From assembly GCA_963575745.1 (NCBI GenBank), contig CAUYUJ010000002.1, forward strand, positions 1,860,001 through 1,924,000: a DNA stretch of 64,000 nucleotides. Direction: 5' to 3'. Numbering within the stretch: position 1 is the first letter of the stretch; the number at the start of each line of letters is the position of its first letter. This document shows, in pieces, positions 11,429 to 23,192 of this stretch. The notes below the pieces were generated by a model. The model saw only the letters and a list, made by a program, of their open reading frames with translations. It had not been told where the DNA came from and ran no database searches. Both the position numbers and the translations under genes were made by a program. This DNA comes from Prorocentrum cordatum. Lineage: Eukaryota.

Positions 11429-13495
11429 GAGGGGAGAGCAATTGCCGCCGAACCCCCCTCCGTGACAGTGCTCGGCGGCCCGAATTGCCCTGGGGCTTTG
11501 GCTTCGGCAGCTGCTGCGCTATAGATATCTCCACGGCCCCTCAAGCTCCGAAGTGCTGTGCAAAGGACGGCTGTAATGTCCAGGCGAAGATGTAGAGCAC
11601 TAGAAAACACAGGTGCACTACAGGTCGAATCAATCCATCGGTTTCGCAAACGAGGTGCCAGCGTTGATGGGCAAATTGCTTGTAGTCGGATCCCGTGTTG
11701 TCGCTCTTCTATCGTTCCGCTCCAGAGTCGGTTTGCCCAGGACAACGTTGTTTATCCAGGTTCTGACCGGTGACGTCCCCTGCCACTGCCAGCAAATGGC
11801 ATCCGTAGCCATACCCTCGTGGATTTCACCTTTCCTGTGATGATTGCAAGGCTTCCGCCGCACCGCCGACCCCTTGGAGCCCTTGGGATTTGTCCGACTG
11901 TGGATTGGAAGCGTCCCAGGGCGTCCAGCAACATATGTTCCTGGGCTATGGTCCTGCCCACGGTGAGACGTCTTTGGCCGCTTTGGGGTGACATTTACGG
12001 CCTGGGGCTGTTTCGAGCGCCCTGACGTTCGGAAAGATTTTTGATTAGGAAATCTGAAAAAGAAGAAAGTGCGAATCTGCGATTCTGGCCTCTGAGGCTC
12101 TGGGGGCCCCCTTAGGGTGGTTTGTGCCTTCTTCGTTGTCTCTTGAGCCCTCTTGAAACCATCTTGGGCAGTCTCGGGGCCATATTGGGAAGTCTTGGAC
12201 TGGGATGATTTGAGTGCGCTCGGGACCTTTTCCCGGCCAGACGAGTGCGCCAGCTTTCGCCCACCCGCAGTCCAAATCGGCCATATCCCCCCGGGGAAGG
12301 ATTTGGGGCAGTTATCTCACACGCCGAGGAGTCGCAAGGGGTCGGCGATCTGTCCGGGGAGACGTCAAGGTCGTTCGGATATGTGGGTGCAGTTCAGCCC
12401 AGTTTGAATGATTGTTGCGTTCGGGGTGGGGGTCTGGAGTTCTAATGGAGCCTTCGCGGATCAAGCAAGAACCTTGAGCAAGGACGTGGCCCGACTGGCT
12501 CGCAAGACTGGGGGGGCGTTGGCTGTTATTTTCACCCCTCCAGAACGGCAGTCTCATGTCGGCCCGCTGTAGGATCAACTTGCCTCCGTGTTTCACCGCT
12601 AGAAGGCAGGTAGAGCGTCTCCATGAATCTACTCATGTTACTCCCCCCTCCCAATCAACCCTCGATGATGGCAAGGAGGCGTTCCACCTTGCACGTGCTT
12701 TGAATATGCGAGGTACCGAAAAGTGTTTGTTGAAACGGAGATACCAAAGACTGTCGAGAATTCACAGCCGCGGTCGCGGCTGAGTGCACATTGAGTTCGC
12801 ACAGCAGCATCTTGCACATGTGCATCATGTTTTAGGTGTAGGATTACGGGGCGGCCACAGATGCCAGCCTTGGTTTATGCATGCATGCTGCGAATTGCCT
12901 CGTAAAGGCAGTGCTCTGTCGCAGGCGTGGAGAGTGGTTCGTTCGTTTCTCGTCATTGTCATTGCCGCGGCTCTGCTGCTCCACTCCAGGTCCCAAATTC
13001 GGATGCATGCATGCGAAGTGGCATAGGCAAATCTCTGGACAACACTGTTACGTCTGAGCAGATGGTGGCAAAACCTCCAACCTGTGCCATAGCATCAGAC
13101 CCATGCAAGCAACAAGTCGATCCGCAGAGTTCCGCCAGCTCTTGCCCAAGGCTGTACCTGTCGCCCAAATATGGGCAGCTTGCCGCTTGATCTCGCTATG
13201 TCTACCTGATTGCGACACGGCGCACCGCCGTGACAGGGAGATTCAATTGCGCACAAGCAGCGACCACAGCGATGTTGAGCAAGACTGTGACGAGCCACTG
13301 CTTCCGCACATGCAGTACCTCTGCGCGCGTCAGGATCCCTACACCTATGTACAAGGAACGATCGCTTCTCCACCTACATTCGTTCACTGCTCCCAGGCTT
13401 TTCTATCCCTTTACCTTTTCTCGGGATCCTTTCAATTATCCTTTCTTTCTTCAGCCAAGCCACCACCAGTACGTACCACAAGCACCACCACCCAG

Positions 13496-13594
13496 GAGAT
13501 CCTCCGCTTCGAGGCCCTGTGGCTCGATTTCGTCAAGGGCAGCAAGGGCGAGATCCTGGACACAATCATGACCAAGAAGCAGATCACACCCGAG
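13496..13594 (+). CDS. ATP1: Mitochondrial ATP synthase F1 subunit alpha, exon (EILRFEALWLDFVKGSKGEILDTIMTKKQITPE)
   Basis: C-terminal helical domain of F1-alpha (IxRFE...L..I.....IT.E). CAG acceptor ends at 13495, GC donor at 13595-13596, strongly GC3-biased codons. Confidence 0.92.
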
Positions 13595-14597
13595 GCCAGA
13601 CAGGGAAGTGGGAGTGTAGCGACATACGCAGGTGGTGTTCTTGGGAGGGATCCCAAGGGGACCATGGAAGGACAAAACTACGATAACCAGCGCGTGCGTG
13701 TTGACGGGGCACGGCAGGGGGAGCGGAAGGAAGAGAGGGCAGGGGGCTGTAGCGGCGGGAGGCGAGCAGAGGGAGCACCGAAGCACCGCGTCGGGACAGC
13801 AGAGAAGTTCAATTTGGGGCACGACCTGCACGTCGCGGTGACACCGTTCGGGAACAGTCGGAGCGTAGTCGAAGTTTGATCGAACCACGAGCAGAATACC
13901 ATCAGCACGTGAAGCCCGAACTCTCCCCTCATCTTCCTCCTGCGCAGCCCTTGGGCAATGATTTGCGGTCGTCCAAGCTCGATCAATTTCCTTCTTTCCC
14001 TCTTCATGTTCCCTCTGTCTCTTTCATCGCTCCTGCTCAGCCCCCTCCTCCTCCTCCTCCTCCTCCCTTAAATGAAGTGCCCAGCATCTCACAGACTACA
14101 CACAGTCAACCATATAATAAGGATGGGCAGCCTTCTAAAGGGTACCCTGTGCATCCTTGCCTCCTCGGTCCATCCTTGGCCACTTTCGTTGGCCGCGCCC
14201 CGCTCGAAAAGCGTCGAGATGGGCGCCCAAGGCCCTTGCATCCTTAACGCGCATCCTCACTATACGGGTTGACTGTAGAGCCTTATGCGCAAGCCCTCCC
14301 CGTACTCGTCCACCCCATCCTGCCCTCCGTCTTTCTACTCCCGCCCTCCCTCCGTGCTCCTCCGTCCCGCCCCCCCCCCCTTTCCTTCCCACGCCCCCCT
14401 GGAGGTGTCCCAAGCCCCCCTTCCCTCCCTCGCCCCCCTTCCCTCCCTCCCTCCCTCCCTCGCCCTCCCTTCCCCCCTCGCCCCCTTCCCTCCCTCGCCC
14501 CCTCGGGGTGATGCCCAGAGCGTCAGGAAAGAGCGCTTTGTCTTGAGCGGCGAGGTCGCAGCCCCTGGAGGCGAAGGAGATGCCCCCCCCCCTCGAG

Positions 14598-14669
14598 GTG
14601 GAGTCCGGGCTCAAGGCCGCCATGGACGAGTTCCTGGGCATGAACGAGTTCGAGGGCCGCGCGACGTAA
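14598..14669 (+). CDS. ATP1: Mitochondrial ATP synthase F1 subunit alpha, probable last exon (VESGLKAAMDEFLGMNEFEGRAT*)
   Basis: In frame after an AG acceptor at 14596-14597. LKAAxDEFxxMNEF resembles the alveolate mitochondrial F1-alpha C-terminus as I recall it. TAA at 14667-14669; a further short exon cannot be excluded. Confidence 0.88.
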   Translation: MESGLKAAMDEFLGMNEFEGRAT

Positions 14670-15534
14670 GCGGCGAGGGCGCTTCTCTCCTCCTCGCGCT
14701 CGCCCGCGTCCCCCCCTCCCTCCGCCCTCCCGCGCGCAGTCCTGGGAGGCCTAGAGGAGGGAGGAGGGCCAGGGAGGGGATGCTATCGGGGGCAGCGTTC
14801 GGGGGGGGGAAAGGTGCAGGAGGGAGCGCATCTACCCCTAATCGCCCATTCATCGCCGACGGGGCCGGCCCCACAGGCCCACACCCGCCCAGGAACGTGC
14901 GAATGTGCTATCGGGAGCCTATCGCAGATCTATCGGCGATGCATCGCCGATTCCAGGTCGCTGCTTCCCCCCCGAGCCAGAGAGCAGGAGGGGACGTTAG
15001 AGGTCGTTGGTTGGACGGCGGTGGCGGCCGAGTAAGGGAAATGACGAAAGCCTCACAGCAGCAGAGGCACCAAGAAGGAGGGCGAGGTCATCGGCCGCGC
15101 GTGTTTGGGTAGAGACTCTTCCGCCAGCAGTTTCCAGTGGTTTTCCAGTCTTCATGCTAGCAGCACCCTGCAAGGCTGGTATTGATTTCTTGCGTTCACT
15201 TCATGGTGTTCCTCCCCTTCTGACCCCAGCAAGATATGAGGGAGGAGATAGCTTCGGCCGAAAAACAACGGTCGCGCAAGTACCACCATCGACCATCCGC
15301 TCAGCTGTCTTGCAGATTGTGCCAGGTACGATGCGAAGGTGACTGTCTCAAGTAGGTCAGACATGGATGTTCAGCATTTCCCACGGGATAAAAGGCTGGT
15401 CATTATTTGGACAGCATGCTTGCAAACGTCATGTAACTACGCATGTGTCTACATTCATGGTCCTAGACGATGGCAAGGGGTGATACCCTCTGAATATGGA
15501 ATCGGCGGCTCGTGGTCTCTTGCATGGTGTCCCA

Positions 15535-15715
15535 TAGGGTCTCCCGCATTGTTGCCTTTATGGCTTCCCGTCTGGTCTCCTGTATGGCTGTCGTCCGATA
15601 CCCTGTACGGTCTCCCGCAGGGTCTCCTGCATGGTCTCCCGTGTGGTCTCCCAGGTGGTATCCAGGGTGGTCTCCAGGATGGTCTCCCGTATGATATGGT
15701 ACATGGTATGTCGTG
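15535..15715. repeat. Degenerate 12-bp tandem repeat (TGGTCTCCNNNN)
   Basis: GGTCTCC recurs with 12-bp period at about 15609-15690. Confidence 0.8.
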
Positions 15716-17687
15716 TGTCGTTTCGGATAGTTTCCCCCGCATGGCGCTCTGTAAGTTCTCCCGTCTGGTTTACGTTCAGTTCCCCTTTCGGTATTATTTA
15801 GGGTATTCTCCGTATTATTCTTCACTCTCCCTCGTAGTATATATAGTGTTCTACGTAGCATCTTAATGGATTGCGAAGAGTATGACGCATCCAAGGGTGT
15901 AATGTAATAACACCTCGTTGGTGTAAGAATTGGTCACGCGATAAGTATGCAAAGGATCTGATCTAAAGTTAAGAGAGCCTGGCTCATAGACAAGCATTGG
16001 GCGAGGCGCAGGGCAGTCGAGGCCGACGGCTTTGGGTGCAACTGAACTGCTGACCTTCAACAGCGGCTTTGGTGGGACAGGTTGGAATGATCTCGTCAGC
16101 GCACGGTCTTGTTTGCGAAATAGGGCGCAGCAAGCCCGAATTGTTGCTTGCGCGTGGAGTTCCGTCTCTGTGTACATTATATAAGCGCCTCATGACCAGG
16201 AATTCTCAGCTGAACACTCTGTGAACGCCGCGCTGGACGGTCGAAATACGCGGTCAGAGGGCACCAGGACCCTTGATATACAGCGTAATGCGAGGGCGTA
16301 CGACGCATCTTTTTGTCTTGGCAGTTTTCCTTGGTTAGACGCTCTGAAAAGCAAGCTACTTGGTGGAACAGGTGCGTGCGCAGTTCAGGCTGAGGTGTTG
16401 GCCATCGAGGCAGGGCTCGATTGGGTAATCTCGTCAGCGACGCGATCTCACGCACGGGCGACCTACGCGCAATGCGAATAAAGTCGAACATGGCGCATGG
16501 ACGCACTCATGGTTTCGATATGGATAACAGGGAGCGCCAGTTGTTCCAAATTGCGTTCGGTACAAAGGGTCTCGCAGGGTCGCCGGTGCTCCCTCAGAGC
16601 CTCTGGGACACACGCCTCAAGCTTCCTAATTGTTTTGGGCCGCTCTCGGATTTGTTCAGACCTCTTCTAGCGACCTCCTTGGGAGCATTCTCATCGCTTC
16701 TAAGATTCTAAGACACTTCCGAGCTCTTCGGAGCTCTCGGACCCATGTGGCGCGTTTTGAGCATATTTTGTTCTGTTCGGTTTCGGGCCCTTCGTGGATG
16801 GCCTCCAGAGGCCCTTTCGGTAACGGCGCAGCGGTGTCGGGATCTGACGCTTGTTCAAACGCGAGCGACTGGGCCACGGCCGTGTAATTCCCCCTCCCGC
16901 TCATGCAGGCCGCACGCCGATGCGTCCGCGGCTGTTTCAGTGACATCGAGTGAGAGGAATGGACTGACATCGAGTGAAAGGAATGGAGCGTGGAACGGAG
17001 CTATTTCAGCCGAGAGGCAGATTCTGCATTATTTCTCGCCCGAAGGCGTTTTAAGTCGAGTGGCTGGGACATTTCTCCGCGCCGCCTGCAGCCACCGCAA
17101 CGACGGAGCGTCCACGCCGCGGCAACCGCCGCCAGAGCAGGGCGGGTGGGCGCAGAAGTCCGACGCGAGGAGCTGGGGCTGGAGTGCGAAGCGTCGACCC
17201 CCCGTGCCCAGATAGCCTGATATAGATTCGGGGCAGTAATTACACCCCAGCATGGAGTTGAGAAAATTCGAAGCTAAAGAGTCGACTTCATTCGAGGCTT
17301 CTGAAACAGTAGTCCAGGCCCAGATATACGAAAGCTCGACGCCCAGACTCTGGTCCAGAGCCTTGGTTTCCTTGAAACGAAATCCAGAGTCCATGAACGT
17401 TGATGCGTTCTCTCTGGATTTCTGGTTGGTGCAGGTCGGCCCTGCCAAATCGCGGGTGCCCCCGTGTCCTGTATGCCGCGACCCACGGCCTTGCACATTC
17501 CTATGGCAGCAGCGTGGCCTTCGGAAGTTTCTTCTCGCGTGTCCCCTCCAACCAGCCTCGATTGTACAGGCGTCACGGGGTAACCAGGCTGGCTGACGAG
17601 GTGGGGAGGGAGGTCTTGCGCCCTGACCGCCCGGGCGTCTCGTCGGTTGCGAGGGCAGCATTCTTGGCCGCGGGGCGTGGGCTTCTT

Positions 17688-18062
17688 GCTCCTCCTCCTC
17701 CTCCTCCTCCTCCTCCTCTTCCTCCTCCTCCTTCTCCTCCTCCTCGATCCTCTATCCTGCGTCTCCTCCTCCTTTCTCCCCCCTCCTCCTCCTCCTCCTC
17801 CTGCTCCTCCTCCTCCTTCTCCTCCTCATCCTCCTCCTTTTAGGGTACCTTACTTCCTCCTCCTCCCCTCCTCCTCCTCCTCCTCCTCCTGCTCCTCCTC
17901 CTCCTCCTCCTCCTCCTCCTCCTCTCCTCCTCCTCCCCTCCTCCCCTCCTCCTCCTCCTCCTCCTCCTCCTCCTCCCCTCCTCCTCCTCCTCCTCCTCCT
18001 CCTCCTCCTCCCGATCCTGCTCCTCCTCCTCCTCCTTTTCCTCCTCCTCCTCCTCCCTCCCT
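17688..18062. repeat. (CCT)n tract
   Basis: Directly visible. Confidence 0.95.
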
Positions 18063-19496
18063 GAACCTCAGAACCCGCCTCTCCTTCCCCCGAGTTTGAT
18101 AAAATTCCGAGTCATGCGAATACCATCCTCCACCTCCTCCTCGTTGCACCACCAGACGTCTCGGTAGCGCGGGCCAGCCGGTTATCCTGAGATTTCTTTA
18201 CCGCCGATGATGTCGAAGTTAGAGTCCGAACAGTTATACAGGCAAAGGGCGATAGTTTTCAAGATGTGGTTCTGGCTTCAGCGCCACGCTCGGGCGTCTT
18301 AAGCGTGTTCGTCTTGATGAAGGTCGGGTGGGCTTCTAAATGTCCATGCCAACATAATTCTGTGCATATGCGTGTGTTAACGGTTTTCAGCAGGTATGCA
18401 GATGGGGGCAGGTCGATTTCAAAATGTGGGTGTCGATGGTGCCACGCATTTCGCAAAGCATCGAAAGCATAACTCCACAAGTTCATAATGCATAGGAGAT
18501 GCAAGGATGAAGGGTGGTTGCTTGGATGTGCGGCTCTCGTGTGAGATGTCTTCGTAAGCATTGGCAGACGTCGAAATTGTGGTTAAAGCTACATGGATAG
18601 ACGGCATCTCTGTTCAAAAATGGGGTTCTCGTTGGATTGTGAGTTGCACCTTCTGATCCTACATCCTGGTACCCCTTCATAGGTAGAAGGCAAAAGGATG
18701 GAAGGCGGCTCATGTTCATAACGGGGTTTTCTCCTCCATGATAGGCTCATGGCGCACTCGTATGTCAAGGGGGTGCTTCCAGCAATTAGTGCAGCGGGAC
18801 TGTTGTGTGGATGTATGACGGGGGACGGGGACTTGAGATGGGAGGGTTCATAGCATCATTGATGCACGTTGGATCTGTGATTGTCCTCTTCCTCCCTCCT
18901 CCTTGCCATTTTCCTCCATATCCTCCTTACCTCAAGTCAAGTCAAGTTAACATCCTTCAAGCTCCCCGTCCCCGTCGTCCCCCCTACAGCCAAAGAATCC
19001 CGCAGACCCCCCCCTGACACGCTCCGCTCGAAACCCCTCCCCCTCCTTTCCCCCCGCTCTCCGCCTCGCAGCACTTCCCCCGGAATCCCCCAGAGCTTGC
19101 CCGATCCCCACCCCCCCAAACACCGCCCGAAATGTCGAAGGGTGAACGTTTTTCATGCATTCTTTTGCCGATCGGCGCGGGCCCTCGCGCCCCCCCCCCC
19201 TGCGGAGTAGATCTAGGCTGTTTTGGGTGCTGGTTTCGAGTCGAGCCAGTGGGTTCTCCCCCATAATGGACGCCTTTTTTGCAAACACTCGCATTAAGCA
19301 GAGGTCTGGAGCCAGACCCCCCCCGTCCCCCCCCCTTCCGCCCAGCGTTCAAACGCCGAATACAAAAAACGTTCAAATGTCGGAAACCGTGCTCGAAGAC
19401 AACCCACCCCCACCCACCTTCCAGGCCCTAGCGGCCCCCTCCAGGCCCTCGCCCTCTCCTCCTCTCTCCTTCCCCGCCCCCTCCTCGAACCACCGG

Positions 19497-19802
19497 CTCC
19501 TCCTCCTCCTCCTCCTCCTCCTCCTCCTCCTGCTGCTCCTCCTCCTGCTCCTCCTCCTCCTGCTCCTCCTCCTCTTCATCCTCTTCCTCCTCCTGCTCCT
19601 CCTCCTGCTCCTCCTCCTGCTCCTCCTCCTCCTGCTCCTCCTCCTTCTGCTCCTCCTGCTCCTCCTCCTGCTCCTCCTCCTCCTCCTCCTCCGCCTCCTC
19701 CTTCTCCGCCTCTCCCCCCTCTTGCTCATCCTTCCTCCTCCCGCCCCCCCTCCTCCTCCTCCTCCTCGAGGAGGAGGAGGAGGAGGAGGAGGAGGAGGAG
19801 GA
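19497..19802. repeat. (CCT/GCT)n tract switching directly to (GGA)n
   Basis: Directly visible; the switch is at CTC|GAG, 19767/19768. Confidence 0.95.
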
Positions 19803-22399
19803 TTAGGTGCAGGACGGGGCAGCGGGAGCCACGCCGCCCGTCCGCCTCCGGGCCTGCCATGCTGTCCTGGTCCGCGTGCCTCGTGGAGAGCGAGGCGCCC
19901 AGCGCGGGGAAGCCGAGCGGCCTGGGCGACGAGGACCCGCCAGGCCGCGTCGTCGCCGCTTTTCGACGACGCCAGGGTGGGGGTTCGTCGCCGCTTTTCG
20001 ACGACGAACCCCCACCTTGACACGTCGATTAGTGAATGGTTCGTCCTCGGTTCTCGAGAAGGCGCCGCGGCCGTCGTTTTCCAGGCCTGCGCCCGCCAGG
20101 TTTGGGCCCGAGGTTTTCACTGAACCACATTTGACTAAAGGGGGCTCTGTCCATCCGCGAAAAAGGGGAAGTGACAGAAGGCAGGTCTTCTCAGAAGGCC
20201 GCAGGGCTTCTCAGAAGTCCTCCAGCCTTCTGGGAAGCCCCCTGCGGCTCCGGAGAAGCTCGGGAAGCTTCTCAGATGGCCGGAGACCTTCTAAGCCGTC
20301 GGAGAAGGCCCGAGCGCGCCGCCGAACAACGTCGACGGCTAGGGCTGGAAAGCTCTTCGCCCCTTTTGGGCCTCCTCTTCGTTGCCCTCTCCGTCGCTCT
20401 CTGGCCAGGACTCACTCTTGGAGGGGCCCAGGGCTCAATTTTGAGGAGGAGCGCCCAAAGCCCTGGCGACCTAAAACATCGCGCTGGAGGGGCGTCCACT
20501 TGCTGGCCGTCTGGTGGTCATCTCCAGGCTTGGAGAGCGCAAGGAATTTCCGTGGATGGAAGACCGACCTTGGGGAAGGATTCCAGAGTTCTATGGACCC
20601 GCGGCCCGACGAAGTCGGTTTCGGAGGGCCCCCATCCTCGTCATCCTTTTCTTGGAGAGAGGAGGGAGGCGAGGGGAAAGAGGAGGGGAGCAGAGAGGGA
20701 GGGGGAACAGAGGAAGGAACGGAACGGGGAGAAGGGGGGAAGTGGGGCGGGGAAGGAGGAAGACGGGAGAGGGAGGAGCGGAAGGCGCGCAGAGATTTAG
20801 AGCAAGAAGTTGACGCGTGTTGGACTCGGCCAATGTTTCGCGGTTCCAGGTCCGTCGTCCGCTGTGTGAGGATGGCGGGGGCTTGGACGGGACAGCGTAT
20901 CAGTTCTTGGTTGTCGTATTCGTATTTGTTGGGTTGCGCATCCCAAGGGTTTCCCAGTGGCCCCATAGAGTTCGAGAAGCAGAAGGTTGCGTGAGACAAC
21001 TCCAACGTAACGCGCGCCATATGCGTAGGCTGGCCTGAAGCGATGGCAGGTTGCCCGTCAGAAGCCGCACCCCAGCTCTAAGCGTGCACGTTGCCTTGGG
21101 TCGCCATGAAGCGCTGCACTGCGATGTACGGTGCACCGAGCTTCAGGCAGGCCGCTGGCGCAACGTCAAGCAGTGTGGCGGGTTGTTGTCGGCAATGGGG
21201 GAAGCGTGCGCTGGAGGCCCGTGGCCGCGCCCCTCAAGCCGACCACCCCGTCCTAGGCACTGCGCCCTGTCGGCCCTCGCTGTCGCCGTCACTGTCCGTT
21301 GAGATCCCGGGCTTGCCGGGCACGTCGGCCGATCTCTTGCAGAAGGCCCCAAGCGGCAGCGCGCCCGGCCTCTCGACACTTCTTGCGGGGGGTCTGCGCC
21401 TCGACGGCCTATGCTTTCGGGGGCGGGGGGGCTGCCTTGCGCCCCTGCGTCGGCGGCACTGCCGCGGTCGCGGCCGCAGCAGCGCCGCAGCTGGCCGAGG
21501 TCCCAGCGGATAGGCGTGCTCGGCCATGCCGCCGCGGCAGCGTGCTCCGACGTCTCAGTCAGATGCCTCGCTGGCCCCATCTCTCTAGGCCTCGCAGATG
21601 TGCGATCGAAGAGGGTACGGAAGAAATGGTGACGAAGACCGACAGCAGTTCTTGCCCATGTTGTACAGGATTCGCGGTCGGCGTCGCCGCGGGCGGTGTC
21701 CGTTTGAGACAGAAAGTCGTTTGCCTAACAGCGGCCGCTGTCGGTGTTCGACGGCATGTGATGTTCGACATCGTACCGATATGTCTTGCCTCCTGCCAGA
21801 GGAGGGGGCGGCAGCAAAGAGGGGAGTGTGCTCGGAAAGCGAGGAGCACGGCGACGTGCTGCTTGTCCGCACCATCAGCGACGCAAGCACAGCAGGACGG
21901 GGTTTTGCAGCTTTGCACCAGCGGGTAGGCAAGATCGGCTGCCGCGATTCGCCGCTGAAGGGGCCAGGGCTGCGGGGCAGGCGGGCCTGGAGAGGGCGGG
22001 CCCAGATGGGGCGGAGCTGTGCATAGGGATCGTTTCTTGGCTGTACACTGGATCTGACCAGGCGCATTGCCGTCCTGAGGTGAGCGGCAAACCGTCGCCC
22101 CCGATCTCCATGACCCGTTGCGGCTACAACAAATTGCAGCGGTTGGGGCTTACAGATACGGAAACGCATGTCGGGTGGGTATTGGTAATGTTGAAGACGT
22201 GCAGTTATTGTCCGTAAGGGCTTCGCCCCCTGCCACCGGCCCCCTCTCTCGGATAATGGGCCATGGAAGAGCGAAGAGCGAAGGCATGAGGCTTTGGCTT
22301 CACCGTGAAGCAGCGTCGGAACTTCATGCGAAGACGATGGGTAATTGGCAAGACGAATGGAGATTCCGAGTCTATTGTTGTACTCGCTGTTGTGTGCAT

Positions 22400-23192
22400 T
22401 TCAGCAATGTGGCAAACCCCAAATGTTTTTGGACCTTGACCCTACGGATCTGCATGAGGGGTGCCGCCGAATTTCATAAATGTGGCGAATCCTCTGTGTT
22501 TTTGGACCCTGACCCTGCCGATCTGTGTGAGGGTTGCCACCGAATTTCAAACATGTGGCAATTCCTTAGTGTTTTTGAACCCTGACCCTGCCGATCTGCG
22601 TGATGGGTGCCACCGAATTTCAGGAATGTGGCACATCTTTTTTGTTTTTGGACCCTGACCCCGCCGATCTGCGTGAGGGGTGCCGCCGGATTTCAGAAAT
22701 GTTGCAAATCCCTTGTGTTTTTGCACGCTGACCCCGCCGATCTGCCTGAAGGGCGCCGCCGAATGTCAACAATGTTGCAAATCCCTTGCGTTTTTGGACC
22801 CTTACCCTGCCGATCTGCATGATGGGTGCCATCGAGTTTCAGAAATTGGCAAATGCTTTGTGTTTTTTGACCCTGACCCTGCCGATCTGCGTGAGAGGCG
22901 CCACCGAATTTTAGAGAATGTGGCAAATCTGTGTTTTTTTAGACCCTGACCCCGCCGATCTGCGTGAGGGGTGGCACCGAATTTTAGAAATGTGGGGAAT
23001 CTTTTGTGGTTTTTGACCCTGACCCCGCCGATCTGCGTGAGGGGTGCCACCGAGCTTCAGAAATGTGGCAAATGCGTTGCGTTTTTGGACCCTTACCCTG
23101 CCGATCTGCGTGATGGGTGCCACTGAGTTTCAGAAATGTGGCAAATGCTTCGTGTTTTTGGACCCTGACCCCGCCGATCTGCGTGAGGGGTG
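22400..23192. repeat. Minisatellite, ~73-bp unit, about 11 copies
   Basis: The anchor TTTTGGACCCTGACCCCGCCGATCTGCGTGAGGGGTGCCACCGAATTTCAGAAATGTGGCAAAT recurs near 22428, 22504, 22578, 22650, 22725, 22796, 22869, 22942, 23015, 23087 and 23160. Confidence 0.95.

Noticed and set aside
11802..11812. TCCGTAGCCAT, identical to the 5' half of the spliced leader
   Set aside because: The 3' half (TTTGGCTCAAG) is absent, so it may be a chance match
14607..14615. GGGCTCAAG, similar to the spliced-leader 3' end
   Set aside because: Explained by ATP1 codons Gly-Leu-Lys
16405..16445. Minus-strand CTGACGA-GATT-ACCC-AATC-GAGC, hammerhead-like
   Set aside because: The core has GAGC instead of GAAA and I found no stems I/III
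22400..23192. Regularly spaced repeats suggestive of a CRISPR array (also 1812-2260, 10070-10890, 45965-47190)
   Set aside because: Whole units are homologous with no unique spacers, there are no cas genes, and the context is eukaryotic
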